The notes: generated by a model not told the origin, from the letters alone. A DNA stretch of 64,000 nucleotides from Eledone cirrhosa (GCA_964016885.1 OZ024740.1:376154001-376218000); one strand, 5' to 3'. Positions 12,423 to 26,586 are shown, counted from the stretch's first letter. Made by a program: numbers and translations.

Positions 12423-15227
12423 CATCATCATCATCATCATCATCACCGTTTTACGTCCGTTCTTCCACGCTAGCATGGGTTAGATGGGTTGTCCTGTTGT
12501 GGGCAGTGTCTGGTCGGCTGACCATGCCATCCTCATACAGGAACTGATTTGGCCTGATTTCTACAGCTGGATGCACTTCCTAACACCAATCTCATTTACA
12601 GTGAATGCTTGGTGCTTTTTCGTGGCGCCTGCCTACACGTCCACTTTACAGTGTGGGCTGGGTGCTTTTTTTGCCGTGGCACCTCCACGACCACCTTGCA
12701 GTAGGAGGGCGTGGGGGCATGTTGTCTATATGCTTCAACTTGTACCCATGGGAGGTCGGGTACTCTGTATTACTGCGTGACGCCAGAGGTCACGGTCGTG
12801 TGTCATCGCCTTTGAGAAGTGTAATTGGGTAAGGTCGGCTTTTATCACCTCATCCCAGGTCATCTTGGGTCTCCCCACTCCGCGGCTTCCATCGACTTCT
12901 GGTGCTCTGCACCTTTTTATGCAGCTGTCATCCTCCATACGCATCACATGTCCATACCAACGCATCCGCCTCTCCTGCACACAGCATTTGATTCCTCTTA
13001 TGCTCAGTCTCTCTCTCAATTCATTTATGCTTTGTCTTTCGCGTATATTACTATTATACATCCATCGGAGCATGCAGGCTTCGATTCTCTCTAATTTACG
13101 TAAGTATTCCACCTTCAGCGCCCAGGTCTCACTAACATGTAACATTGCTGTTCGGATACACGCATCATACAGTCTGCCTTTCATTTTGAGGGAGAAGCCT
13201 TTTGCAGCTAGCAGTGGTTGTAGTTCCCTGAACTTCTTCCATCCCGTTCTTACCCTAGTTATTGTACTTTCTGAACACCCACCTCCGCTACTAATTCGGA
13301 TACCTAGGCAGCAGAAGCTATCTACTGTCTCTACAGAGCCTAGAGATTGGTGGTACTTGTTTCCTGTGGCTGTTTGCTGCTAGCTGTCCCAGTACAGCTG
13401 CTGCATGTGAAGCCTACATTCTTCAGTAAGCTTCCTGAGAACCCGCTACATCTCTTGTGTACCCATTGTTTGCCTTTTGGGCAGAGAATGGAGTTCCTAC
13501 CTACACCTTTCCTACATACTGAGCAAGGCCATTTCCCTGAGGGGATCTGGGTTCTGTTTATTCGTCTACTTACAAGGACCTTAGTCTTTGTCATGTTGAC
13601 TTTGAGACCCTTCTTTCTAGTCCCTGCTTCCAAGTTTGGAATTTTTTCTCTAATTCTACCATAGATTCAGCTATAAGCGCGAGGTCATCAGCATACAGGA
13701 GTTCCCAAGGGCATCCGGTCTTAAACTCCTCCGTTATTGCCTGCAGGACCATGATGAACAGGAGAGGGCTAAGAACAGAGCCCTGGTGGACCCCAACCTA
13801 TACGCTAAATTCCTCGCTATACTCATTGCTAATCCTAACTTTGCTGACTGCTCCCCTATACATGGCTTGTACAGCTTTCACAAGCCATTCATCTACTCCT
13901 AGTTTTCTAAGAGCCCACCAGATTACAGCACGTGGAACTCTGTCAAAGGCTTTCTCGAGATCGACGAATGCCAGGTACAGTGGCTTATTTTAGGTAGGTA
14001 CTTTTCCTGTAACTGCCTCACAAGGAAGAGGGCATCAGTGGTGCCTCTTCCTGGTACAAACCCAAATTGCATCTGGTCTATTTTCACCCGGTCCCTAATC
14101 AACTGTGCTATAACTCTTTATGTTACTTTCATGACCTGGTCCATCAGCTTTAGACCTCTATTAGTTCCTCTATCGAGTGCATCACCTTTACCTTTGTAGC
14201 AGTTGACAATGATGCTACTGCACCAATCTTTTGGTATGACACCTTCTAGTATTACCTGGTTAACAATACGTGTGGTTATAGTGTGACCTAGAGACCCAGA
14301 TGCCTTCAGCATCTCGGCAGCTATACCCGATGGACCGGTTGCCTTCCCCATCCTCATATCATTGATTGCCTTACTTACTACGCTGCTGCTGACTTGTACT
14401 GCTGGCCCCTCAATAGGGTCTACTTGGGATAGGGTCTCTTCCTCCCATGCATTCTCCTCATTTAGTAATCTATCATAATGTCTCTTCCATGCATCTTTCT
14501 TCTCAGCACTTGTGAGGGCAAGTCCCCTTTATCATTCCGGATACACTTCTCTCCAATGACATCACAATTCTCTCTGACACACTGCCTCGCAATCTTGAAC
14601 ACCTCCTGTTTCTGGTCCTCACGTTGCAAAACATGCTTGAATTTTCTATCCTCTGCTTCCCTCCTAGCTTAGTATACTTGTCGCCTAGCTTCCCTCTTAG
14701 TCTCTAAGCAATGTACCCTGCTCCCCCCGTTCTTCCATTCTTTCCATGCCTGTCTCTTGGCCTTAACTGCCTCATCTACCTTATTGTTCCACCACCAAGT
14801 CACTCTCCTCCTGCTTGTGGTCTTACTCAAGCTACAGACCTCATCTGTCGCCTCTAGTAAGTTATTTTTTAGGAACTCCCAGTGCTCTTCTACGTTGAAT
14901 GTCCCTATCTGTTCTTCTTTACTGTCGTAGGCGTTGAGTAAAATATCTTTAAATCTGTTACTGGCTGAGGGGTCTTTCAGCTTTCAGATCTTTCTTCTCC
15001 AGGTTGGCCTCTGTTTCCAGGTTTGTCTAGTTCTGACTCTGAGGTCGCTGACAAGTAAGCTATGTTGGGAGATACATTCCTCACTAGGGAAGGCTTTTGT
15101 GTTTACGACCGTCCTTCTGTCACGTCCTCTGATGAGGATAAAATCTACCTGACTAGAATGTTCCCCTGATCTATAGGAGATCAGGTGGTTGTCGGGTTTT
15201 TTGAAGTTTGTGTTACATATCGACATG

Positions 15228-15230
<3 letters not shown>
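12422..15230 (-). mobile_element. 5'-truncated, decayed RTE-type LINE (APE end, RT, PHD-like finger, C-terminus, (TGA)n tail)
   Basis: NTNFKKP..ISYRSG..SQVDFIL; KATGPSG; QFGFVPGRGTTDA; FVDLEKAFDRVP; HQGSVLSPLLF; LLYADDL; RWYGHVMRM..GRPKMTW. (TCA)n on the + strand at 12422-12445. Multiple frameshifts. Confidence 0.93.
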
Positions 15231-15472
<242 letters not shown>

Positions 15473-15896
15473 TACATATGTGTTTGTGTGTGTGGCTGTA
15501 AGGTTTTCCCAATGCATTATTTTATCCCATAAAAATATTAAAGATGTGAGCTATGCCATCTATATGAAATCAGTTTTCCGAACCTAAGTGGCTGTAGCAT
15601 TATATTATCAATCGATCTTTTATCTGACACGCCGGCAGTCGTTCAACTTAGCCACATATTCATTGCGTGGAAGTAACAACTGATAACATTTAGCCACATG
15701 AAAAACATATTATCTTTTGTTATTTCCTGAAATTATTTCAGGTGAAGTAATCTACTTTTCCCAATCCAGAAAGCTATTGCTAAACTAAAGGAATTCACCT
15801 TAACACGACAATTTAAAATCAGGCGATAATGCCCTGTATTTTGAATGATGTATTGTATAAGAGATCGTGTGATGGAAAGAAATATATATGGGTGCA

Positions 15897-16180
15897 TACA
15901 ATATTTATATCGCTTGTTATGCATCTAATCCATGTTTACAATTCTCATCCTGTTTAATCAAATTGGGACCAAATCATAATCATATTTTAATGAATAAAAG
16001 AATATATGAAACGTACAGTATTTTGTATAAGAGAACGTGTATTACAATATTTATATCGCGTGTTATGTATTTCTCACTGTTTACAGTTTACATCCTGATT
16101 ATTAAAATTGGTACCACATCATAATCATATTTTAATGACTAAAAGCAGTGGAAGAATAAAAGAATTTATGAAACGTACAA
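15897..16180 (+). repeat. Diverged tandem duplication, period about 145 bp
   Basis: TACAATATTTATATCGC...ATCATAATCATATTTTAATGA..GAAACGTACA occurs twice. Confidence 0.7.
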
Positions 16181-17275
16181 TTTCATTACATACTTCAATA
16201 ATCAATGTCTCTCTATAATGTATCTCAGAGAGAAATGAACGAATATGTTTGTTACCTTATGTATGATTCAGAATATAATTGACAAGTCAATAAGAAGGAG
16301 GAAACAACACAGAAGTACTAGTATATAATCTGCATACAGATTGATTTCAACCATGAACACATTCTTTTATTGTTTGATGCTGAATAATTTCATTGATTAT
16401 CTGAGCCTATTATTAACTATCATTCTAAAGCACTTCCTTCAATGTGCACCAGCTACTTCACCTTAAGTAGAAATACAACATTTAAATCGAGGATAAATGA
16501 ATATATATATATTAATATTGGAGATGTAATAAATTACAATTTGTAAATATATCAACATCAGCTCCAGTGACAGTAGCACGTCGGAATATTTCTTATCATG
16601 TTATCTTGTTTTTAATAATACAAATAATAGGTTGGTGTACGTAAGACAAAATTTATTTTCGTATGGAATATTATACAAATTATGCTCATCATGCTTATAC
16701 TAATTAATCTCTGAAGAAGAATAGGTACTATTGCTAAGTGGTACTGATATTGGAAGCGTCTTTCGTATATGGAATTATCAATTCCAATACTTAATAGTTG
16801 TTTGAAATAAAAACATCCATCACATATATTTACTTTAAATAGCATGCTAGTTTTGTTTTTCACATAATCTGCCGAGATTGTAGTCTATTCTTTCTAAATT
16901 TACAGTCGGTAATATATCTTCACTGGACAATATGAACCCACTCCATTTTACATTGTTATTACTACAGAATATTGATAATGGACATCTGAACATCAGGTAA
17001 TAGTACCTACAGTGGCAATATATTGCAGAAGCTAAATTTTTAATATGTTTTCTTCCATACTCTGGAAGGAGGGTGATTTTCTTGCTTCTCAATTGCGTTT
17101 ATGGTGCCTTATTCAATTAGATAATGTTTCGTTGTTTATAGAACGTCTGATTTCTAGACGAGTCCTCCTCGAAAACTTTGAAATTTCCCCACATATGCAT
17201 CTATGAAGGAATATGTGCGTGTGTGTGTTTATAAATTGTAGTAATTGGAATTGAACGAGTGTGAGAGGGTGAATA

Positions 17276-17336
<61 letters not shown>

Positions 17337-17342
<6 letters not shown>

Positions 17343-17523
17343 TAAAATGACAGATTAAAGTTTAAGCAAAGAATCGCTCCTTTCATCCTTAAGCAGCGAT
17401 TCTTTGCTTAAACTTTAATCTGTTATTTTAATAAATATTTGCACTCGGTTCTTATATATTTGATATATATTTATCCTTATCGAGCTCTCTTTGGATTTTA
17501 GTCTTCAAATTTATTATTATTAC
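17337..17523 (+). mobile_element. Short fold-back PLE-type remnant (about 42-bp arms plus tail) in (TA)n
   Basis: 17337-17378 is inverted at 17395-17437, followed by an unpaired tail of about 85 nt and then TA repeats. Confidence 0.65.
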
Positions 17524-17536
17524 TATATATATATAT

Positions 17537-18093
17537 GAAGAAACACGGTTTTAGGAAGCCGTAGCTATGCAAACACAGGAGCTAACGCCCTCTTGTGATG
17601 TCCAGTAGAAGCAAGGGAGGCAACCGTCTATGCATTTCAGGCTCGCAACTGCTGGACATGAAAACAGTCGAGAATATATAGTTTTCTCGTCTGATTAATC
17701 TCATTTGCATATGAAGCTGCATAAGTTGGCTTAACTTAGAATAGAAATAGGATTTCGCTTCAAGCATAGCTTTATACAAATATGTTTAGAAATTTTGTAT
17801 TTCTAAAGAAACACGGTTTTAGGAAGCCGTAGCTATGCAAACAGACGAGAAAACTATATATTCTCGACTGTTTTCGAGTCCAGCATTTGCAAGCGGTGGG
17901 GGTCACCGTCCTGAAGAAGGCTAGTCAAGCCTGAAATGTATAGGCGGTTGTCCCCCTTGCTTCTGCTGGACACTACCAGAGGGCATTAGCCCCGGTGTTT
18001 GCATAGTTACGTCTTCCTAAAACCGTGTTTCTTTAGAAATATGAAATTTCTATACATTTTTGTATAAAGCTATGCTTGAAGCGAAATCTTATT

Positions 18094-18095
<2 letters not shown>
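17537..18095. mobile_element. ORF-less tandem/inverted HHR element (family X, retrozyme-like)
   Basis: AAGAAACACGGTTTTAGGAAGCCGTAGCTATGCAAACA at 17538 and 17806, inverted copy at about 17845-18093. A related copy lies at 49430-49740. Confidence 0.8.
17905..17948 (+). ncRNA. Minimal type I hammerhead ribozyme
   Basis: ACCGTC-CTGAAGA-AGGCT-AGTCA-AGCCT-GAAAT-GT-ATA-GGCGGT. The sister copy has palindromic ATGCAT in stem III. Confidence 0.8.
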
Positions 18096-18134
<39 letters not shown>

Positions 18135-18139
18135 ATATA

Positions 18140-18204
<65 letters not shown>

Positions 18205-19895
18205 GCGTATCAATTAATTACATTGATAAGATAAGAATACGAATCTTAGCTAATAGAGAAATCAATTCACCTTAGGGAATTCACATAAATTTGTTTCAAA
18301 TTTGTATTAAGCCTAACTGTAACATATCTCTCCCTACAAGAGGCACTTCATTCATAGCAACTTATCTGTGGTTCTAACGTGCAACTTACTGTGGTTCAAA
18401 CGTGCAACTTTGAGTACATTTTCACATTCCTTATACTAATTTTCATTCGAAACATAGTTTTTCGACGTTTCCCATCTTGTCTCACATTAGACAGGCTAAT
18501 TTTTATTTCGCTAGCCTTCTATTAACAATCACATTAAAACAATGGAGGAAAAATAAATTATATCTGTTTATTTTTCTAACCTTAATACATTATTATTAGA
18601 AATTAAACTATTGTTAACAAGTTTCTCCTATATGCATATATATCTGATGTAATTTCTTTCACCTTGTGTGATCTAATAAACATATTTATCATTCGATGTA
18701 GTATAATTGTTACAAAAAATATAGATTAATGTGAGTTAGTAGAATCAGTATCAAAATTCCTGCGGTATTTACAATATTTCGAAACAAAATGTTTCCCTAT
18801 AATTTTATTTAGAAATATTAAGTCAAAGTCGATGACAATGATAAGATGTTGCATTAGACATAAGAAGTCGTTAACATCAACTGCATCTCTCTGGTAACTC
18901 TGCAAAGCAAAAACAGCTTTTATACTGGGTCTTATGAGAATGTTCCAGTAGTGATAACATAAAAAGAGGAAGCATCAGTCGATCTCGAGAGGTGGCGCTG
19001 TCTAGTCACATCTTTAAGCGATGATATGTTTATTGTCGCACTAAAAGAAGAATACAAACGAAAATTATTAACTCTGCACTGGTGGTTGTACTGTGTTATT
19101 GTGTTAGCCAGTGATTATGTGTCAATCACCGGCATGGAGAATTACGTCTAAATTTTGTTTTAGAAAGTTTTGAATGTAAAATATATTACCGTTCTTTTAA
19201 AATTTATTTTTATTTCCTAACATTCTAATACCCTATCAATATGTGAGTTTAGATATGTTTTAATGAGTCATCAACAGATTTGTCTCCATGTTGTTATTCG
19301 ATATGTAGTAAGTTTTGTTGATGCTAAAACGCTCCAAGCTATAGATGTTATGTGAACACTGCACGCATAACAAATAAATTAATATATCATAAAAACGCCT
19401 CTAACAACACATTTACGGATACGACATACATGCTGAGTAAATACCTTGTATTCAAAGGAAATCGTTCGTTACACAAAAACAATTCTGAGACATGAACAAT
19501 TATACATATCTCAATACGTATTTTTGATATATTGTAACTGAATATTTGTTTATTTACATATTGTGCTATATTTTTGCGTATCCTTAATGTTACATAATGG
19601 TAGTGAATTATAATAATATATAATTAATAAATTTATCATTTTTATCACACGTTTAATTAACACATTTAAATATAAATAATATTATTCGTAGGAAATATGT
19701 TAGCTAGTAAATTAATTTACTCGTAAAATAAACATAAACTTATGAGATTATCAATGAGTTACTGAAGAGAAATTTTGCGTTTTTCATTATTTCCCGTAGA
19801 TATTGTTCTCAGTCTCATTTTTTATGGTATATGATGACATGTTTACTACAGATCAACGATATAAAACTGACATTTAAACATTACCTTCTACAAGC

Positions 19896-19923
<28 letters not shown>

Positions 19924-19926
<3 letters not shown>

Positions 19927-20229
19927 AATTAAGTTAAAAATGTACATCCACATATGCACACTGAAATACTAGTGTGTATATGAATACACACACGTATACA
20001 TATGTAGGTGTACCAAGTCCTTCACTGGTCGCTTTACAGTGAGCGGCCCAGCTATTCTGTATGTAAACACACAGACTTGGTACACCTACATATGTATACG
20101 TGTGTGTATTCATATACACACTAGTATTTCAGTGTGCATATGTGGATGTACATTTTTAACTTAATTGTTTGGGCGTCAGTCATACAAAAGTGAGTTACAA
20201 ACGAAGCGAAATTTAATTTCGTTTCGTTA
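19924..20229 (+). mobile_element. Fold-back element: perfect about 97-bp inverted arms plus 60-nt tail, in (TA)n
   Basis: 19924-20020 is the reverse complement of 20073-20170. No HHR recognised. Confidence 0.75.
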
Positions 20230-20233
20230 TTTG

Positions 20234-20276
<43 letters not shown>

Positions 20277-20313
20277 CAATACGGAGCGGGATATAGCTTA
20301 TTTATAATTTATG

Positions 20314-20352
<39 letters not shown>

Positions 20353-20441
20353 TGTCTATGTATATATACATATATGTGTGTGTGTATGGATATATATGTA
20401 CATATACATGTATATATATATATGTATATGTATGTATATAT

Positions 20442-20629
<188 letters not shown>

Positions 20630-21420
20630 TATTTTCCGTTGTGTTGTAATATAAATATTACACACAGTAGATTATCAGCTCACGTAGAGTTTGCTCGACG
20701 GTTTCAGTTGTAGTTCCAAAAGTAATCCGGAGAAAAATAGAAAGATTTAAATGGATACAGTTTAGTTGAAAGGAATTTATTGACACGTGTTTCTATAACA
20801 GTTACATAACCTAAAACAGCTGCTATCTACAAACTTTTAGTTATGCAGACATTCAATATTTCAATGTTATTATTTACTGTCATTTCATCAGAATAATATT
20901 ACTGAGGACCTATTTAGTTTTCATAGAGAATATTAGGAGGGAGGGGTGAAGTTGTTAGAAGAATAGTTGAAGGAGTGGTTTTTCGATAGCAGTGAGAATT
21001 CTTGGTGGCAGTGAGTAATTAGATTCCCATCTGTTGTTTTGACATTTTTTATAGAATATATTATTGGTTATTTTTCTAAATCTATTAGAAGGATTAGAGA
21101 TAGTAAAGATATGCGTGGTTGGTTTTGTGTTTGCACTTAATTAACATTCAGACTTAAATTTTTCTTTCAAGTGTACGTATCCTTTCACCCACGCATTCAC
21201 ACACAAGTATATTTGCACACCTCTACAAAATACATATACTCACAATTCACATATTCATACTTACATATATATACACATGCATACACATATATATACACAC
21301 ATGTATTCATGTACATACATACGCGCTCATGTGTATACATTTTCATACTGAACTTATCTTTATATACACACGTATAGACACACACATATATACATACATA
21401 CTCTAGTCCATGTGTACACA
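20630..21420 (-). mobile_element. PLE 3' end/pLTR fragment
   Basis: Carries an HHR (20777-20896) and the downstream bulged hairpin (20693-20733). Flanked by (TA)n. Confidence 0.7.
20777..20896 (-). ncRNA. Type I hammerhead ribozyme, extended stem II
   Basis: TTATT-CTGATGA-aATGACAGT...ACTGTTATa-GAAAC-ACGT-GTC-AATAA. GUC site, palindrome ACACGTGT. Confidence 0.85.
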
Positions 21421-21453
21421 CATACACATACATACACATCTATATACACATAT

Positions 21454-21600
<147 letters not shown>

Positions 21601-21630
21601 ATGTATATATTTCATATGTGCATATATGTG

Positions 21631-21705
<75 letters not shown>

Positions 21706-23749
21706 GGTATCATAGTAAAAGCAGACAAAACATCAAACGTATACTCTATGGACATTAACACATACAATAACTTTATTCAGCGTGAACTACATAAAAAATA
21801 TAAAAAAACAAATGAATCTACACTCACCAGCATAATCATGGAGGGCCTCAAGATAGTTATTAAACTCGGAATTTCAGATAGGACCGAACCGCTTACCCCG
21901 TGCAACCCTACATTTAACCTGAAAGATCACAAAAATAACTTTGAAACTAATCCCACCATTAGATTAATATGCCCATCCAAGTCAGACATAGGTAAAATTA
22001 GCAAAAACATTCTAGATAGGGTAATCGCACAAATAAAGGGTAAACTAGAAATCAATTTATGGGGCAACACTAACGAGGCAATTAAATAGTTCAATAAAAT
22101 ACAAAATAGGGAAACGTGTAACTTCATACAATTTGATATAGACGACTATTATGCATCCATATCCCCAGCTACCCTAGATAAGGCGCTTATATTTGCCCCA
22201 AATAACTCTGATCTTACCCATGATGAAATTGAAATAATAATAGCGGCTAGACGGACTATCGTAAAATTTGAAAATAACTACTGGGTAAGAAAGGATAGAA
22301 TAAATAGCTTCGATATTACAATGGGATCAAATGATTCTGCGCAAATTACAGATATCGTGGGGCTATTCATAGCACACAACCTACATAAGGAATTCAGTAA
22401 CCTCCAAGGAGGAATTTATAGGGACGACACGTTACTTATAGCTAGGAACCTAAACAACCAGAGCTGGAAAGACTAAGGAGAAATATTAGAATATTCTTCA
22501 AAAAACTAGGCCTAAGTATTACCTACGAACTAAACCATAAGAAGGTAAATTTTCTAGATGTAACTCTAAATCTAAATACTGGATTAATAGAACCTTTCCA
22601 CAAAAATAATGAAAATCTTGCCTACATTAGTTACAACTCGAATCACCCCAAATCCATAATTAAATCCATAGCACGTAGTATATCCCTCCGAATATCCCGC
22701 TTATTCTCAAACCTAGAAATCTTTAACGAGCATGCTGACTATTATAATGCAGCATTAAGTAGGGCCGGTCATAAAGATAAACTACAGTATATAGTGAATA
22801 AGGACAACATAAACAATCCTAGTAATTTCTACTCCAACCGCTCACATAATAATAGGAATAGCTTGACTAGACATAGGGTTAGACATGTAACACCTAGAGT
22901 AAACGGCCAAAACACTAATAACGTAAACCCTAGAAACAATAGAAGAAACAGACAAAGAAAATACCTATGGTTCAACCCAATATTCAACTCCTCTATAAAA
23001 ACTAGACTGCCCTCTACATTCTTTAAACTAATAGATAAACACTTCCCTATCTCGCATAGATATCACAAAATACTCAATAGATCTACTATAAAACTCTCTT
23101 TCTCAACAGCAGCTAACATAGAATCACACATACGCAAGATCAACCACAGAAATATCTCAAGTAAATCAACTGCACCTATACATAAGCACAAACTCATCAC
23201 AACATCACAACCACAAGCGCATACAAACGCGCAGCAGCAAAACCCCATTGGGCATATATCACAACCCACTTATAACAGGGTACTAAATAGGAATGTAAAA
23301 GCTGCACAAAATAGCGCCTCAAACCGCAACTGTCACCTCCCAGATAGGTGCCCATTGGCGAACAGATGTCTCGATTCGAGCCTGGTGTACATGTGCACTG
23401 TCATCTCGGGTAACTCCACCAGGAATTACATAGGATCCACCGCGGGTTCTTTTAAGAAAAGATGGTATGTGCACAGGCACTCAATGAAAAACCGGCACTT
23501 ATGGGTTCCACCACCCTCGCCAGAAAAATATGGGAATTGAAGGACAGCAACACTAACTACACTATCAACTGGTCGAAGTTGTCGGCTGCTAAAACCTATA
23601 GTACAGGGATGTCCTATTGCGGGCTGTGTGATCTTGAGCTATTGTATATCCTTAGAAATGTTAAAAGGCTACTTAATAATAAGTTAGAAAGATCTATCTT
23701 CTGCAGACATAGAATAGCCACTAAATTCATAAGATTCAAACCTCCGTGA
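21706..23749 (+). pseudogene. PLE RT + GIY-YIG ORF, 5'-truncated and disrupted
   Basis: IVKADKTSN; [29 protein letters not shown]; FIQFDIDDYYASI; FDITMGSNDSAQITDIVG; GIYRDD; FLDVTLNL; WFNPIF; CPLANRCL..LVY..YIGST; CGLCDLE..CRH. In-frame TAG at 22087 and frameshifts near 22455 and 23500. Confidence 0.93.
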
Positions 23750-24507
23750 ATCGAACCAACATAACATAGCTTTAAATTAGGATATCTACTACCCACAGAA
23801 ATATATTCATTAAGTATACTATTTCCTTCACAAGTCTATACCACACAATTGTCTGTAAGTACCTCATCTACCAACAATCTTACTCCTTCTCAGCTGCTGC
23901 AATCATTTGATCCTAGATCCTAGTTTTTCTCATTTCACTACTACAATGTTACTTTACCTTCTTTTTGCCATAATTACAATTAGCACGCTTTTCTCTTTGC
24001 ATGTATGTATATTTTTGTACGAGTGTATATTGATGTGTATGTATGTGTCTATGTACACACGCATGTGTATATATGTGTATATATATTTATATATATGTAT
24101 ATGTGTGAGTGTGTGTATGTGTATGTGTGTGTGTGTGTGCGTAGATATATGCGTATATTAATTCGTTAACCTCTGTATTAACTCTACAACTATTGAGCTT
24201 TGACAGTGGTCCCACTCATGTATACTGTTGAAGATGAAGAGAAAGACTGTAAAAACTAGCTTATCTTTATAATTTAAAATTGATACACACTACGATACTT
24301 TTTGCCTTATGACAGCTGGTTTTCACGCCGTAACATTAGATACATTATATACCCCCCCCCCACCTAAGTAATGTCAGGGTCTCCTTAAATAGTTTATTGA
24401 TAGCATTGTTGTAATTGTTGTTATTGTTCTAATTGAATGCCATAACTACTCCATATAGTAGCCGTATTTTCTTTTCTTTTCTTGCCTGTGTATTTTCTTC
24501 ATTCTCG

Positions 24508-24620
24508 CATGCTCCGAAGATCTGACTGGTTATAATTCTGTATTGGCGATCGAGTGACGCAAAATTAAGCGGATAGCGATCTCTAGACATACCAGTTCAG
24601 TGAAACAAATGTAAGCTATG
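24508..24620 (+). ncRNA. Hammerhead-like motif (U4C variant) in the 3' end of the preceding PLE
   Basis: CATGCT-CCGAAGA-tCTGACTGGT...ACCAGTTCAGt-GAAAC-AAAT-GTA-AGCtATG. Confidence 0.6.
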
Positions 24621-24916
24621 TGATTAAAAACTTTTTTGTATAGCAAACCATGTAAACCTTCTTTCCTGATTTATTATTACTCCAAGTGTTTACAACATAG
24701 GAATTACAGCATACCCGCAGCATCACTATGAAAACGCCTTGTTGAGTCAAACCAAGCCAAGCGTTAATATCATCCACTACCTGGAATACCATAACTGGAC
24801 TTCACCTAAGTGGACTGCATTTAACTATTATTTGTTAATCCGTATATATATATATATATATATATATATTAGTGAAAAAGAACAAAGGAACTATTATGAC
24901 ATTATAACAAGTTTAT

Positions 24917-24963
24917 TGCCGACAGCCGTTTCGTCCGACCCCATGGTGGGCCTTATCAAGGCA
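24917..24963 (-). ncRNA. Hammerhead ribozyme, U3-A8 variant
   Basis: Inverted copy of 26540-26586. Confidence 0.7.
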
Positions 24964-26539
24964 TATAGCATGTGATTGCAAGATCATTGTTTACATCAAC
25001 GTATCACTCAAGGCTAGCAGTTTGAAATTGTTGTATACATCAGCAACTCCGCTTTAAGGGGGGCTCTTTTATATTAGTTGTCGGGGTCAGGGATTGAAGT
25101 TTAAAAATTAGACAAAAATATATAATTCACGCATCAACATTAAACCAAGAGACCTGGGGTCCCGTAGAAGCACCTCAGAAAATCCCTCAATGAATGCATA
25201 AAGCTTATAGGCTCCAATACACCTATTAGTCTAGAAGAAAATTAAGAGGCTAATAAAATAAGAAAATAAAAATATAAAGTTTCCCTAAAAAATATATAGA
25301 GAGTTCCTATGAACTTTCTTCTAGAGAAAAAAAAATTTTCCGAAAGAAAACCTTCTTCCCCCGAGATCACGTTTACAAAATTCAGAAAACTGAATTGAAA
25401 ACTAGGTTGAAAGAAACTAATCAATTAGAGGTTAATTCAGAGAGCCTTCCATAAATCTCTCAGAAATAAATTTGCAATAATTTTATGATGATTTTGTAAT
25501 AATTTTGCGATAATTTTATGATAATTTGATAGTTTTGTAATGATTTTGTGGTAATTTTGTGATGATTTGATAATTTTGTAATGATTTTGTGGTAATTTTG
25601 TAATGATTTTGTAATAATTTTTAATCCTGTATCAATAATTTTGGAATGTTTTTTGTGATAATACAGGGTTAGATCACTGAAGCTACCTTGTACCTTCTTA
25701 AAGATACATTTTATGATTATTGTCTTTTTGCTTATGTATTTTCTTAGTTACCACTTTCTTTAATCTTGCCCAACTTGATAAACTCCTTGAATTGCTCCCT
25801 AATTAAATTGCTTAAAATTCTTAGATTATTGTACCTATTATGCCTAAGTTGTATCTGTTGAAGCAGCCCTTTGAAAATTCCTCGGATATCCCAAATACCG
25901 TAATTTTTAATTTTTAACTTTTAATGTATAATTTTCCTCAATTCGTTTTTATATTTATCCTCAAAGGCTCTCTAAAATTTTAATTCTTCGAAGGGTCTCT
26001 CGGAAGAAGTTCCTATTGGAAATAGTAAAGGGGCCTTTTCTGAGAGATTTATGGAAGGCTCTCTGAATTAACCTCTAATTGATTAGTTTCTTTCAACCTA
26101 GTTTTCAATTCAGTTTTCTGAATTTTGTAAACGTGATCTCGGGGGAAGAAGGTTTTCTTTCGGAAAAAATTTTTTTCTCTAGAAGAAATTTCATAGGAAC
26201 TCTCTATATATTTTTTAGGGAAACTTTATATTTTTATTTTCTTATTTTATTAGCCTCTTAATTTTCTTCTAGACTAATAGGTGTATTGGAGCCTATAAGC
26301 TTTATGCATTCATTGAGGGATTTTCTGAAGTGCTTCTACGGGACCCCAGGTCTCTTGGTTTAATGTTGATGCGTGAATTATATATTTTTGTCTAATTTTT
26401 AAACTTCAATCCCTGACCCCGACAACTAATATAAAAGAGCCCCCCTTAAAGCGGAGTTGCTGATGTATACAACAATTTCAAACTGCTAGCCTTGAGTGAT
26501 ACGTTGATGTAAACAATGATCTTGCAATCACATGTTATA

Positions 26540-26586
26540 TGCCTTGATAAGTCCCACCATAGGGTCGGACGAAACGGCTGTCGGCA
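26540..26586 (+). ncRNA. Hammerhead ribozyme, U3-A8 variant
   Basis: TGCC-TTGATAA-GTCC-(12 nt)-GGAC-GAAAC-GGCT-GTC-GGCA. Confidence 0.8.

Noticed and set aside
16612-17205. Minus-strand complex-sequence ORFs suggesting a gene
   Set aside because: No continuous frame, consistent splice structure or recognisable domain.
18730-19150. Open stretches of about 60-70 codons on both strands
   Set aside because: No recognisable motif, and the strand cannot be decided.
19924-20170. Perfect hairpins as miRNA precursors or DNA-transposon MITEs
   Set aside because: The one-sided tail and TA flanks match the PLE fold-back pattern seen repeatedly in the window, and there is no small-RNA evidence. The origin of this particular copy remains unproven.
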